Source: a phage. From it: a DNA stretch of 50,979 nt. The first letter of the stretch is position 1; the number at the start of each line of letters is the position of its first letter. Both the position numbers and the translations under genes were made by a program. This document shows positions 9,960 through 19,500 of this stretch, in pieces. The notes under the pieces were generated by a model. That model was not told the origin of the DNA. It saw nothing but the letters and a program-made list of their open reading frames with translations, and did no database searches. The DNA lies in sequence record PZ445502.1, one strand, 5' to 3'.

Positions 9960-9973
9960 AAGGAGATCTTAAG

Positions 9974-10291
9974 ATGGCAAAGATGAAACTAACGTTAGGC
10001 CCACTGCCTGATTTTAAGCTGCCTGTTTCTTTCGTGCTTCCAAATGGTGATGAGCAAGTTATTGTTTTTACCGTGCGCCACAAGAAGGCAAGCGAAATTC
10101 ACGAACGATACACGGCAGAAAAGCCGATGAGCGACGTAGAAATGATCACCTTCCTTGCTTCCGGTTGGGATCTGGAAGATGAATTTAACGAGGAAAACGT
10201 TGCTAAATTGCTGGATTATTACCCGTCTGCGTCATTATCGCTGACTGGTCATTATATGAAAGCACTTGCGGGGCAGCGGGTAAAAAACTAA
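9974..10291 (+). CDS. tail assembly chaperone (G-like)
   Basis: 105 aa immediately upstream of the tape measure gene; ends in a slippery heptamer. Confidence 0.65.
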   Translation: MAKMKLTLGPLPDFKLPVSFVLPNGDEQVIVFTVRHKKASEIHERYTAEKPMSDVEMITFLASGWDLEDEFNEENVAKLLDYYPSASLSLTGHYMKALAGQRVKN

Positions 10292-10608
10292 AGCGGGCGG
10301 TTTACCTGTTTTACCTCAAGCCGCCAACTGACGCACAATTAGAGGCCGTCGGCCTATCCCGTTCAGACTACGAAGGGGAGGAGCCGCCGGAGGTAATTTT
10401 TGATGAATCAATGTTTCAATCTTGGGATCTGTTTTGCGCTATGCAGACGCAATGGAGATCGACTAGCGGCAGTGTGTATGGGTTCGACTATAACGTTTTG
10501 CCTATGCTTTTTGACATTTACAAGATTGAGGATCGGGAGATGGCGCTAAATGATTTGCGCATCATGGAACAAAAGGCGCTAGAAATGATTCATTCAAACA
10601 AAACATAA
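9974..10608 (+). CDS. tail assembly chaperone GT-like fusion made by -1 programmed frameshift at A_AAA_AAC (about 10282-10288)
   Basis: the -1 frame is open from about 10207 to 10608 and overlaps the end of the G frame; slippery heptamer sits just before the G stop. Confidence 0.5.
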
Positions 10609-10628
10609 GCGCCGCGAGGCGCTTTTTT
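10607..10628 (+). terminator. terminator-like hairpin between GT and tape measure
   Basis: GCGCCGCGAGGCGC hairpin followed by TTTTTT. Confidence 0.45.
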
Positions 10629-10647
10629 AATATCTGGAGGTTTTAAA

Positions 10648-13329
10648 ATGGCTGAAAAATACGCTGGCCTAACGCTAGGCGTTGACGTGTCGCAGGTCAA
10701 CAATGCTGTTAAATCATTGCAGCAATTCAAGAAGGCAAACGACGACGCAAAAAAAAGCGTTAATGAATTTGTTGATTCTGAGGTTGTGGCGCGACAGCAA
10801 GCAAAACAGTTTGCCGAAGAACTGGCGCGCCAGAAAGCAGAATTTAAGAAAATCCAGGAGTCAATTGATCCCACCGCGTCAAAGATGGATAAGCTGCGAA
10901 AGGCAGCGACACAGCTTGATGCGCTATGGAAAAAGGGCATTGTTCCTGATGAGACTTTTTTTGAGCTTGGATCAATTCTTGAGACGCAGCAAAACAAGCT
11001 GATCGCAACAAAAAAAGCGATGACGGAGGAAGGCCGCGCGGCGCTTGAGGAATCAAAGAACAAAGCGCGTGCAGCGGAAGAGGCTAAAAAATTCGTCCAG
11101 GCTTTGCGTGAGCAGGAAGAAGCAGCCGGAAAAAGCAAGTCTGAATTGCTGGAAATGAAAGCGGCACAGCTTGGTGTTAGCCAGGAGGCAGCGCCTTACA
11201 TCGCAAGGCTGAAAGAGCAGGAAAAGCAGATCCAAAAACTTGGAATTTCTACGGGCCAATACAAACAAGCAATGGCGCAATTGCCAATGCAGATCACAGA
11301 CGTGGTGACTTCACTTGCTTCTGGAATGCCTGTTTGGTTGGTCGCAATCCAGCAGGGCGGACAGATTAAGGATTCTTTTGGTGGCGCATCCAATGCTTTA
11401 AAAGCGTTGCTATCTTTCCTGAATCCGGTAAACGTGGCGTTTGGCTTGCTTTCCGGTACGCTGGCAATTGCTGCATATAATGCCTACAAAACACAGACAG
11501 AGTTTGAGGCAATTAAAAAAACCGTTCAGGAAACAACTGGCTTGACTGGTGATTTTGCCGAAAAGATTGCTACCGGAATACAGGAGCTTTCCGACAAGAC
11601 AGGCGAAAGCGCCGAAGATCTTGCAAAGGCTTACATCACTACGAAAGACGGCGCGAGCGAGGCGATTAAAAAACTGGTTGACGTTGGCATGACTTATGAT
11701 GACGCAAAAAAGAAAGTCAACGAGTACAAGGGCGCGTCTAGCTTTGTCAGCTTGAATAACGAAATTGCAAACCACAAAAACAAAGTCCTTGAGTTGGGCG
11801 ATTCGTGGTATGAGGTTTTGAAAGCGAAGCGTGATTACGCTTCCCCGTCCGGCGGCCTGTTAGGTAAGGAGCTTGGCTATGTTAACCCTATGCTTAAGTT
11901 TGCACTTAACACTTATGAAGACATTGGAAAGGTCGTAAAAGATGCGAATAAGGACATGGCGGAACGAGCGGAGCGAATCGACAAAGAAAACCTGGCCTTA
12001 AACAGAGTGCGCGCAGCACAGGAGGCTTTAAACAAAGCTATTGAGGATCAGAAAAATGTGGCGCGTTCGGCTGATGAAGAACTGAAAAAGCGCGCGGCTG
12101 AAAACGTGGAGTTTAGGCGCAAAGAGCTTGAGGAAATCAAGAAGCAGGAGCAGAAAAAGAAAGAGGCTAAAGGTGGAATAGTTCGCGGCCCGACTGAGCA
12201 GCTTGATAAAGAGTTGTACGTTTTAAAAGCGCAACTGGAGATGCTTAAAGAGCATCGCACTGTTAACGATGTTATTTCTCGCCAGCGTAAATCATTATGG
12301 AGTATCGAAAAGCAGATCGAGATCCTGGAGGAAGCGCAGAGCAAGCGTAAATTGACCGGAGCGGAACAGGCGCTACTAAACGAGCAAAAAGCCGTTCTTG
12401 AAATGGCAAGGCAAAAAGCGGAGCTAGGGGATCAGATTGTTTTACAGGAGCGCAAAAACAAGCTGGAGCAAGATAGCATTAAGTTTATCCGTGAAACTCA
12501 GGCGGCTATTGATGTGCTTGGCCTTAAGCAACTTGGCTACACTGAAAAGCAGATCGAGCGTGAGCTAGAGTTACGCAAGCTGCGCACCGACTACGAGGCG
12601 CAAGGCGGAAGCGTTAGCGATGAAGTTTTTCAGCAAATGGAGGCGAAACTTAAGCAGTATTATCAGACACAGGATGAGGTTCAAGGCAACTGGTTGGCAG
12701 GAGCAAAAAACGCATGGGAGATGTTCGCGCAAGATGCAAACAATGCATATGGCAATGTTCAGCAGATCGCAAGCGAGGCGTTAAACGGCCTTACAAACCA
12801 ATTAGCGAATTTTATCGCTACTGGCAAGGCAAACTTTAAAGACTTCTCGACGGCTATCATCAAAATGATTATTCAGATGATTACGAAAATGGTTGTCTTT
12901 AATGCGTTATCTGGCCTGATGGGTGGTCAAACCTGGACGATGGGGAGCTTGCTTAAGAATATTGGCGGATTTGCTGGCGGTGGATACACTGGCGACGGCG
13001 GGAAGTATGAGCCAGCCGGAATTGTCCATAAAGGTGAATTTGTCATGACGAAGGAGGCGACGCAGCGTATCGGGGTAGGAAACTTGTACCGCATGATGCG
13101 AGGCTATGCTAACGGCGGCGTTGTTGGTAGTTCCGGCTATACTGGCGGTGGCGCTGTAACTGGTGGAGCACCTCAATTTAACATCGGCGGGATTGATGTT
13201 AGCATCACTAACGGAAACGATCCGAAGGGCATCGAAACTGGTGTTAAGATGATCTTTACTGATATGATTAAACGTTCCTGTATGCAGGGCGGCGAGGTTT
13301 ACGAATTTGTTATGAGCAAGCGAGGTTGA
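10648..13329 (+). CDS. tail tape measure protein
   Basis: 893 aa; long coiled-coil-rich K/E/A/Q stretch; Gly-rich C-terminal region; position after G/GT. Confidence 0.85.
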   Translation: MAEKYAGLTLGVDVSQVNNAVKSLQQFKKANDDAKKSVNEFVDSEVVARQQAKQFAEELARQKAEFKKIQESIDPTASKMDKLRKAATQLDALWKKGIVPDETFFELGSILETQQNKLIATKKAMTEEGRAALEESKNKARAAEEAKKFVQALREQEEAAGKSKSELLEMKAAQLGVSQEAAPYIARLKEQEKQIQKLGISTGQYKQAMAQLPMQITDVVTSLASGMPVWLVAIQQGGQIKDSFGGASNALKALLSFLNPVNVAFGLLSGTLAIAAYNAYKTQTEFEAIKKTVQETTGLTGDFAEKIATGIQELSDKTGESAEDLAKAYITTKDGASEAIKKLVDVGMTYDDAKKKVNEYKGASSFVSLNNEIANHKNKVLELGDSWYEVLKAKRDYASPSGGLLGKELGYVNPMLKFALNTYEDIGKVVKDANKDMAERAERIDKENLALNRVRAAQEALNKAIEDQKNVARSADEELKKRAAENVEFRRKELEEIKKQEQKKKEAKGGIVRGPTEQLDKELYVLKAQLEMLKEHRTVNDVISRQRKSLWSIEKQIEILEEAQSKRKLTGAEQALLNEQKAVLEMARQKAELGDQIVLQERKNKLEQDSIKFIRETQAAIDVLGLKQLGYTEKQIERELELRKLRTDYEAQGGSVSDEVFQQMEAKLKQYYQTQDEVQGNWLAGAKNAWEMFAQDANNAYGNVQQIASEALNGLTNQLANFIATGKANFKDFSTAIIKMIIQMITKMVVFNALSGLMGGQTWTMGSLLKNIGGFAGGGYTGDGGKYEPAGIVHKGEFVMTKEATQRIGVGNLYRMMRGYANGGVVGSSGYTGGGAVTGGAPQFNIGGIDVSITNGNDPKGIETGVKMIFTDMIKRSCMQGGEVYEFVMSKRG

Positions 13330-13682
13330 TAATGAAGCTGGATCAGTTTAAGTGGTGCACGCAGGTTCAGAACGGTGGCGGGTCCATGACGTCATCAAAT
13401 AACGATCGAGAGATTGCATTCGGTAACGGATACACACAGGTAGCATCTGGAGGCTTTAACACAATCCGGCGAGAGTTTAGCATTGTTTACGCTGGGCTTG
13501 ATTACAGAGATGTTGTCAAGTTCCTAAATGAGCACAGACTAAAACCTTTCTTGTGGATCATGCCTGATGGAAGCCCTGGATTGTTCAGAGTGAAAAGCGG
13601 TAGCGTCGGCCTTACTCCATTGTCGCCAACCGTTCAGGAAGTAAAAGCCACTTTTACGGAGCAATTTACATCAATGCAGTAA
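13326..13682 (+). CDS. minor tail protein (lambda gpM-like)
   Basis: 118 aa; ATGA overlap with the tape measure gene; gene order. Confidence 0.6.
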   Translation: MIMKLDQFKWCTQVQNGGGSMTSSNNDREIAFGNGYTQVASGGFNTIRREFSIVYAGLDYRDVVKFLNEHRLKPFLWIMPDGSPGLFRVKSGSVGLTPLSPTVQEVKATFTEQFTSMQ

Positions 13683-13684
13683 TT

Positions 13685-13711
13685 TAAAGCCGCCTTTGTG
13701 CGGCTTTTTTC
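13685..13711 (+). terminator. rho-independent terminator
   Basis: AGCCGCCTTTGTGCGGCT hairpin followed by TTTTTT. Confidence 0.55.
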
Positions 13712-13744
13712 TTGATGTTACAATGAGCAAAAAGGAGGTAGAAA

Positions 13745-14506
13745 ATGGCTAATAAAGAATCAGGTAGAGTTGAATTTGAGAACTGCCTACAAAGTTTGTA
13801 CCCAGGCGAAATTATAACGCTTGTAGAGATTGACGGGACGAAGTTCGGAGCAAATATTTACCGATTTCACAATGAGAACATCTCTTATACTGCCGAGGAA
13901 TTAATGCAAGCGCAGCAAACCGGAATCTTGCCGCCGAAAGATATTATTTTTCAGGGTGATGTTTACGGAGCGCGGCCTTTCGGTGTGAGCGGGATTAACT
14001 TCACAAGTAACGGCAGGGCAGATAAGCCTCAGCTTATAGTGTCAAACCTTGACAGCAGGGTTAGCGCCATGATCAGAAATTACAATGGCATGATGCAAGC
14101 AAAGGTGACTTTCTGGATCACGGCAAAGGAATTTATAGGAGAAGGCGGAGCAATCAAAGATGGCGCTTACAGAAAATTGGTTTATTACATTGAGCGACCA
14201 AGCCAGTATAATAGAGAGGTGGCGAAATTTGATCTGACATCGCCTTACGATATGGATGGATTAATGATCCCGCCGCGCATCACTCAAAGCGTTTGCTATT
14301 GGGCGCAAAGGGGGTGGTACAGGAGCGGAAAGGGTTGCTCTTATAACGGATCGGCAATGTTCGATAAAGACAATAATCCAGTAACAGATCCATCACAAGA
14401 CTATTGCGCAGGAACTGTAACGGCTTGCAAATTGAGATTCGGTCAGCAAAACGAGTTGGATTTCGGCGGTTGCGCGGTGGCGTCACTGCTACGGAGGAAT
14501 CAATAA
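13745..14506 (+). CDS. minor tail protein (lambda gpL-like)
   Basis: 253 aa; Cys-rich C-terminal segment; gene order. Confidence 0.65.
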   Translation: MANKESGRVEFENCLQSLYPGEIITLVEIDGTKFGANIYRFHNENISYTAEELMQAQQTGILPPKDIIFQGDVYGARPFGVSGINFTSNGRADKPQLIVSNLDSRVSAMIRNYNGMMQAKVTFWITAKEFIGEGGAIKDGAYRKLVYYIERPSQYNREVAKFDLTSPYDMDGLMIPPRITQSVCYWAQRGWYRSGKGCSYNGSAMFDKDNNPVTDPSQDYCAGTVTACKLRFGQQNELDFGGCAVASLLRRNQ

Positions 14507-15237
14507 TGATTAGTGCAAAAATTAAACTTGAAATAATGCAGCACGTTAAAGAGGAATACCCTAAAGAGGCTTGCGGCGTCATAACTCAAAAGTCACGGGT
14601 ACAGAAATATCACCGCATAACCAACGTGCATGACGATCCAGAAAATCACTTTGAAATGGACGCCGTAGAATACGCTGAATCGCTCGACAAAGGCGAATTA
14701 ATCGCGGTGGTGCATTCCCATTGCGGGGATGGTGCTAGTACGATACCGAGCGCGCACGACTCATGTATGTGCGATGAAATGGGTGTGTCGTGGATTATAG
14801 TGTCATGGCCCGAAGGTGATATGAGAATTGTCGAGCCGCAGGAGAGGCCGCTTATCGGTCGCCCGTGGTCGCTGGGGTCGTTCGATTGCTGGGGTCTTAT
14901 CATGGCATGGCATAAACAGCACGGAGTAGTATTGAATGACTTCCGAAAGCCTTACGAGTGGTGGAAGTCAGAATATGGTGAAAATCTTTACCAGGATAAT
15001 TATTTGAAAGAGGGATTTGTTGAAACTAACGAGCCTCCAAAACCTGGTGATATGGTGATTATGCAACTATCATCACCAGTCTGGAATCATGCGGGAATTT
15101 ATTTGGGTAACAACCAGCTATTACATCATGCGTTTGGAAAGCTATCTCGCATCGACTTGTATTCTGGATGGTATCAGGAGCACACTGTAAAAATTTGTCG
15201 ACATAAGGATCTGAAATATGACATTGAAAGTAATTAA
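14506..15237 (+). CDS. tail assembly protein (lambda gpK-like, JAMM/MPN plus NlpC/P60-like)
   Basis: ATG 14506 with GGAGG upstream, TAATG overlap with the preceding stop; HSH..D metal-site-like and Cys/His motifs. Confidence 0.65.
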   Translation: MISAKIKLEIMQHVKEEYPKEACGVITQKSRVQKYHRITNVHDDPENHFEMDAVEYAESLDKGELIAVVHSHCGDGASTIPSAHDSCMCDEMGVSWIIVSWPEGDMRIVEPQERPLIGRPWSLGSFDCWGLIMAWHKQHGVVLNDFRKPYEWWKSEYGENLYQDNYLKEGFVETNEPPKPGDMVIMQLSSPVWNHAGIYLGNNQLLHHAFGKLSRIDLYSGWYQEHTVKICRHKDLKYDIESN

Positions 15238-15814
15238 GCTATCTGGTTCCCTGGGGCGTAGATTTGGCGTCTTTCACAAAATGGCGGTTGACTCATACCC
15301 CGAAGCAATACGTGCGTTATCTTCCCAGGTTGAAGGGTTCAAAGACTACATGCAAAGCGAAGTAGGATCGCGCATGAAGTACGCTGTATTCGTTGACGGT
15401 AAAAACGTTGGTCAGCATGATGAAAAATCATGGAAGTGCGCGCGAGAGGTTCGAATAGTTCCCGTTCCAACTGGTTCTAAGTCCGGCGGCCTGTTTAATG
15501 TTGTTCTTGGCGCTGCAATTATGGCCACTGCGTTCTTTACTGGTGGTGCAAGTCTTGCTGCTATGGGCGCTTTTGCATCTTCCGCATTTATGATGGGTGG
15601 TGCTATCGCGCTTGGCGGTGTCATGCAAATGATCTCGCCGCAGCAGGGAGGAATGAAACTGCAAAGCCAATCAGCAGAAAATAAGCCTTCTTACGCTTTC
15701 GGCGGTGCTGTAAATACCACGGCGGCAGGTTATCCGGTTCCTTTGCCATATGGATATAGGACAGTAGGCGGCGCAATCTGGTCGGCTGGCAGCTACGCAG
15801 AAGATAAAGCATAA
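15218..15814 (+). CDS. tail assembly protein (lambda gpI-like)
   Basis: 198 aa; Gly/Ala-rich hydrophobic C-terminal half; gene order. Confidence 0.6.
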   Translation: MTLKVIKLSGSLGRRFGVFHKMAVDSYPEAIRALSSQVEGFKDYMQSEVGSRMKYAVFVDGKNVGQHDEKSWKCAREVRIVPVPTGSKSGGLFNVVLGAAIMATAFFTGGASLAAMGAFASSAFMMGGAIALGGVMQMISPQQGGMKLQSQSAENKPSYAFGGAVNTTAAGYPVPLPYGYRTVGGAIWSAGSYAEDKA

Positions 15815-15845
15815 AAAAATACCCGCCTTGCGCGGGTTTTTTTGT
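15813..15845 (+). terminator. rho-independent terminator
   Basis: ACCCGCCTTGCGCGGGT hairpin followed by a T-run. Confidence 0.55.
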
Positions 15846-15892
15846 GCATTTATAATGTGCAAACCAAGAAACAGCACAAAAGGTTAAAAGTC

Positions 15893-18800
15893 ATGGCTAA
15901 ATATATGATAAGCGGCAGTAAGGGCGGAAGCAAAAAGCCATACGTGCCAAAAGAGATGGAAGATAACCTGATCTCGATAAACAAGATTAAAGTTTTGCTG
16001 GCTGTATCTGATGGCGAGTGCGATCCAGATTTCACGTTGCGCGATCTTTATCTTGATGATGTTCCGGTTATTGCCAGCGATGGCACTGTTAACTACGAGG
16101 GAGTTACGGCTGAATATCGACCGGGTACGCAGACGCAAGATTACATCCAGGGTTTTACTGACACATCAAGTGAGGTGACAGTTGCAAGAGATATTACCGG
16201 AGACAATCCTTATGTTATTTCTGTTACAAATAAAAATCTATCTGCGGTAAGAATAAAGATCCTGATGCCAGTAGGCATAAAACAGGAGGATAACGGCGAT
16301 CTTGTTGGCGTAAGGGTTGAGTATGCCGTAGATATGGCTATTGATGGCGGTTCTTATAGCGAGGTTATGAGAGATGTAATTGACGGCAAGACAAGATCAG
16401 GATACGACCGCAGCAGAAGGATTGATCTTCCTAAGTTTGATGAGCGCGTTTTAATCCGAGTAAAGCGACTGACTCCAGACAGCACATCTTCAAAGGTAAC
16501 TGATAAAATCAAGCTGCAAAGTTACGCTGAGGTTGTTGATGCAAAATTCCGTTATCCTCTGACTGGCCTTGTATTCGTAGAATTTGACAGTGAATTGTTT
16601 CCTACGCAAATCCCTAACATTTCTATAAAAAAGAAATGGAAGATTATTAATGTGCCAAGCAACTATGATCCAATATCAAGAGAATATCACGGGTCATGGG
16701 ATGGGACTTTTAAAAAAGCGTGGTCAAATAATCCCGCTTGGGTTCTTTATGATCTGGTGACAAATCAGCGTTATGGACTTGATCAGCGAGAGTTAGGAAT
16801 ACAGATCGACAAGTGGAGCTTATACGAGGCGGGCGTTTACTGTGATCAGAAAGTTCCAGACGGTAAGGGCGGTACTGAGCCTCGCTACCTATGCGATGTG
16901 GTGATTCAGAATCAAGTTGAGGCTTATCAGCTAATCCGTGACATTTGCTCAATCTTTCGCGGAATGAGTTTTTGGAATGGTGAGAGCTTATCAATCGTGA
17001 TTGATAAGCCACGCGATCCATCATACGTGTTTACTAATGAAAACGTCATCAACGGTGATTTTCAGTACACAACCGCAAGCGAAAAAAGCATGTACACGCA
17101 GTGTAACGTGACGTTTGACGACGAACAAAACATGTATCAGCAGGACGTAGAGGGTGTTTTTGATACTGAGGCGGCATTACGATTTGGATACAATCCAACA
17201 AGCATTACAGCGATCGGGTGCACACGCAGGAGCGAAGCGAATCGTCGCGGTCGGTGGGTTTTGAAAACAAACCTTAGAAGCACTACTGTAAACTTTGCTA
17301 CCGGACTAGAGGGGATGATTCCATCAATAGGTGATGTTATTGCTATCGCTGATAATTTTCAGAGTAGCAACCTAACGTTAAACCTATCGGGCCGAGTAAT
17401 GGAAGTTTCAGGATTGCAGGTTTTCGTTCCGTTTAAGGTTGATGCTCGCCCTGGTGATTTTATTATCATCAACAAGCCGGACGGCAAGCCAGTTAAGCGC
17501 ACGATCTCAAAGGTTAGCGCAGACGGAAAAACCATAGAGTTAAATATTGGATTTGGTTTTGATGTTAAGCCTGATACTGTTTTTGCGATTGACCGTACTG
17601 ATCTTGCGTTGCAGCAATACGTTGTGACAACTATCAGCAAGGGTGATGACGAAAACGAGTTTACCTATTCAATCACGGCTGTGGAGTACGATCCGAACAA
17701 ATACGACGAGATTGATTATGGCGTAAACATTGATGACAGGCCGACTTCAATTGTTCAGCCTGACGTGATGGCAGCGCCTGAGAACGTTAAGATCTCATCT
17801 TATTCTCGCGTCGTGCAGGGCGTTAGCGTTGAGACTATGGTTGTTTCATGGGATAAGGTTCCTTACGCATCGCTTTATGAAATGCAGTGGCGAAAAGGTG
17901 ATGGTAACTGGCTGAATACGCCGCAGACCGCTAACAAAGAGATAGAGGTAGAAGGGATTTATTCAGGCAACTACCAAGTAAGGGTGAGATCCGTTTCTGC
18001 AAGCGGTAACGCTTCCCCGTGGTCAAAGATTGCAACCGCCACTCTGACAGGTAAAGTTGGCGAGCCAGGAGCGCCGATTAATCTTACGGCTTCTGATAAT
18101 GAAGTTTTTGGCATTCGTGTCAAATGGGGTATGCCGGAAGGATCAGGCGATACGGCTTACATTGAGCTTCACCAATCGCCAGACGGAACGGTTGAAAACT
18201 CAAGTCTGCTTACGCTGATTCCATATCCTCAATATGAGTATTGGCATAGCACGTTACCAGCGGGGCAAGTTGTATGGTATAGAATCCGCAGCGTTGACAG
18301 AATAGGCAACGTTTCCAGTTGGACTGACTTTGTTCGCGGTATGGCGTCAGATGATGTTGAATCTGTTTTGGGCGACATTCTGGACAAGATTTTTGATACA
18401 GAAGCTGGTCAAGAAATCAAAGAGAACGCCATAGACAGCGCCAATAAAATCAAAGACCAGGCACAATCAATCATACAGAACGCGTTGGCAAATGATGCAG
18501 ATGTGAAGTGGACGCGAGTGCAAAACGGAAAGCGCAAGGCTGAATATGGTCATGCTCTTGAGCTTATCGCCAATGAAACAGAAGCGCGCGTAACTCAAAT
18601 CGAAGAGTTAAGGGCATCAATTGATGGCGAGATAACATCAAGCATCAAGACAGTGCAGGAGGCAATTGCCACTGAATCAGAGACGCGAGCGACTCAAATT
18701 CAGCAGCTTGATTCTAAATTCACAAAAGAAATCGACGGCGTGCGCAAGGATACTTCTGCAAGCATTAGCGATGTAAGGCAGACAATCACTAACGAGTCAG

Positions 18801-19471
18801 AAGCGCGCGCTCAGGCCGTTCAGCAGCTTGACGCTAAGTTCACGAAAGAGATAAACGACCTTGACGGAGTTATCAAAACAGAAGTCGAGGCTAACATCTC
18901 AGAAGTGAAACAGGCGATCGCCAATGAGACAGAGGCAAGGGTTCAGGCTGACCAGGCATTAACAGCACGATTTGGCGACGTTGAATCTGCATTGGTTGAA
19001 AAGTTGGATTCTTGGGCGAGCGTTGATTCAGTTGGCGCTAAATACGCTATGAAGCTTGGCCTTACTTACAAAGGCCAGCAATACAGCGCAGGAATGGTGA
19101 TGCAGCTTTCGCAGGGTTCATCCGGCCTTATCTCGCAAATTTTGTTTGATGCTAACAGGTTCGCCATTATGACTAGCTCTACTGGAGGGACTTTTACTTT
19201 GCCTTTCGTGGTTGAGAATAATCAGGTTTTCATTAATAGTCTTTTGGTTAAGAACGGTTCAATCACTAATGCGATGATTGGTAATGTGATTCAGTCAAAC
19301 AACTTTGTTCAAAACCAGCAAGGATGGAGGCTTGATAAAAACGGAATCTTTGAGAATTACGGATCAACGCCAGGAGAAGGAGCTACTAAATTCACCAATG
19401 AGGGATTGAAGGTAAAAGATGCAAACGGAGTATTGAGGGTTGAAGTCGGAAGGATTACCGGAAGCTGGTAA
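15893..19471 (+). CDS. central tail fibre / host specificity protein (lambda gpJ-like)
   Basis: about 1192 aa from ATG 15893 (track begins at TTG 15842); fibronectin-III-like segments; four ~33-aa repeats near the C-terminus; last gene of the tail module. Confidence 0.8.
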   Translation: MAKYMISGSKGGSKKPYVPKEMEDNLISINKIKVLLAVSDGECDPDFTLRDLYLDDVPVIASDGTVNYEGVTAEYRPGTQTQDYIQGFTDTSSEVTVARDITGDNPYVISVTNKNLSAVRIKILMPVGIKQEDNGDLVGVRVEYAVDMAIDGGSYSEVMRDVIDGKTRSGYDRSRRIDLPKFDERVLIRVKRLTPDSTSSKVTDKIKLQSYAEVVDAKFRYPLTGLVFVEFDSELFPTQIPNISIKKKWKIINVPSNYDPISREYHGSWDGTFKKAWSNNPAWVLYDLVTNQRYGLDQRELGIQIDKWSLYEAGVYCDQKVPDGKGGTEPRYLCDVVIQNQVEAYQLIRDICSIFRGMSFWNGESLSIVIDKPRDPSYVFTNENVINGDFQYTTASEKSMYTQCNVTFDDEQNMYQQDVEGVFDTEAALRFGYNPTSITAIGCTRRSEANRRGRWVLKTNLRSTTVNFATGLEGMIPSIGDVIAIADNFQSSNLTLNLSGRVMEVSGLQVFVPFKVDARPGDFIIINKPDGKPVKRTISKVSADGKTIELNIGFGFDVKPDTVFAIDRTDLALQQYVVTTISKGDDENEFTYSITAVEYDPNKYDEIDYGVNIDDRPTSIVQPDVMAAPENVKISSYSRVVQGVSVETMVVSWDKVPYASLYEMQWRKGDGNWLNTPQTANKEIEVEGIYSGNYQVRVRSVSASGNASPWSKIATATLTGKVGEPGAPINLTASDNEVFGIRVKWGMPEGSGDTAYIELHQSPDGTVENSSLLTLIPYPQYEYWHSTLPAGQVVWYRIRSVDRIGNVSSWTDFVRGMASDDVESVLGDILDKIFDTEAGQEIKENAIDSANKIKDQAQSIIQNALANDADVKWTRVQNGKRKAEYGHALELIANETEARVTQIEELRASIDGEITSSIKTVQEAIATESETRATQIQQLDSKFTKEIDGVRKDTSASISDVRQTITNESEARAQAVQQLDAKFTKEINDLDGVIKTEVEANISEVKQAIANETEARVQADQALTARFGDVESALVEKLDSWASVDSVGAKYAMKLGLTYKGQQYSAGMVMQLSQGSSGLISQILFDANRFAIMTSSTGGTFTLPFVVENNQVFINSLLVKNGSITNAMIGNVIQSNNFVQNQQGWRLDKNGIFENYGSTPGEGATKFTNEGLKVKDANGVLRVEVGRITGSW

Positions 19472-19500
19472 AAAAAGGGGGCATAGCCCCCTTTAATTTT
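19470..19500. terminator. bidirectional rho-independent terminator between convergent genes
   Basis: AAAAAAA-GGGGGCATAGCCCCC-TTTAATTTT. Confidence 0.65.

Noticed and set aside
10590-11138. 182-aa minus-strand ORF, with further antisense ORFs at 10844..11056, 11053..11280, 11196..11393, 11410..11775, 12048..12344 and 12907..13176
   Set aside because: All lie antisense inside the tape measure gene and are Ser/Ala/Cys/Leu-rich low-complexity translations of a biased coding strand; none has an SD.
15842-15892. Track start of the gpJ-like gene at 15842, and similar alternative-codon starts at 1634, 19499..20125, 26506, 40619 and 14404
   Set aside because: These begin on TTG or GTG, or well upstream of an SD; in each case an in-frame ATG with a recognisable SD lies shortly downstream and was preferred.
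16710-17640. Minus-strand ORFs 16710..17024 and 17359..17640
   Set aside because: Antisense within the gpJ-like tail tip gene.
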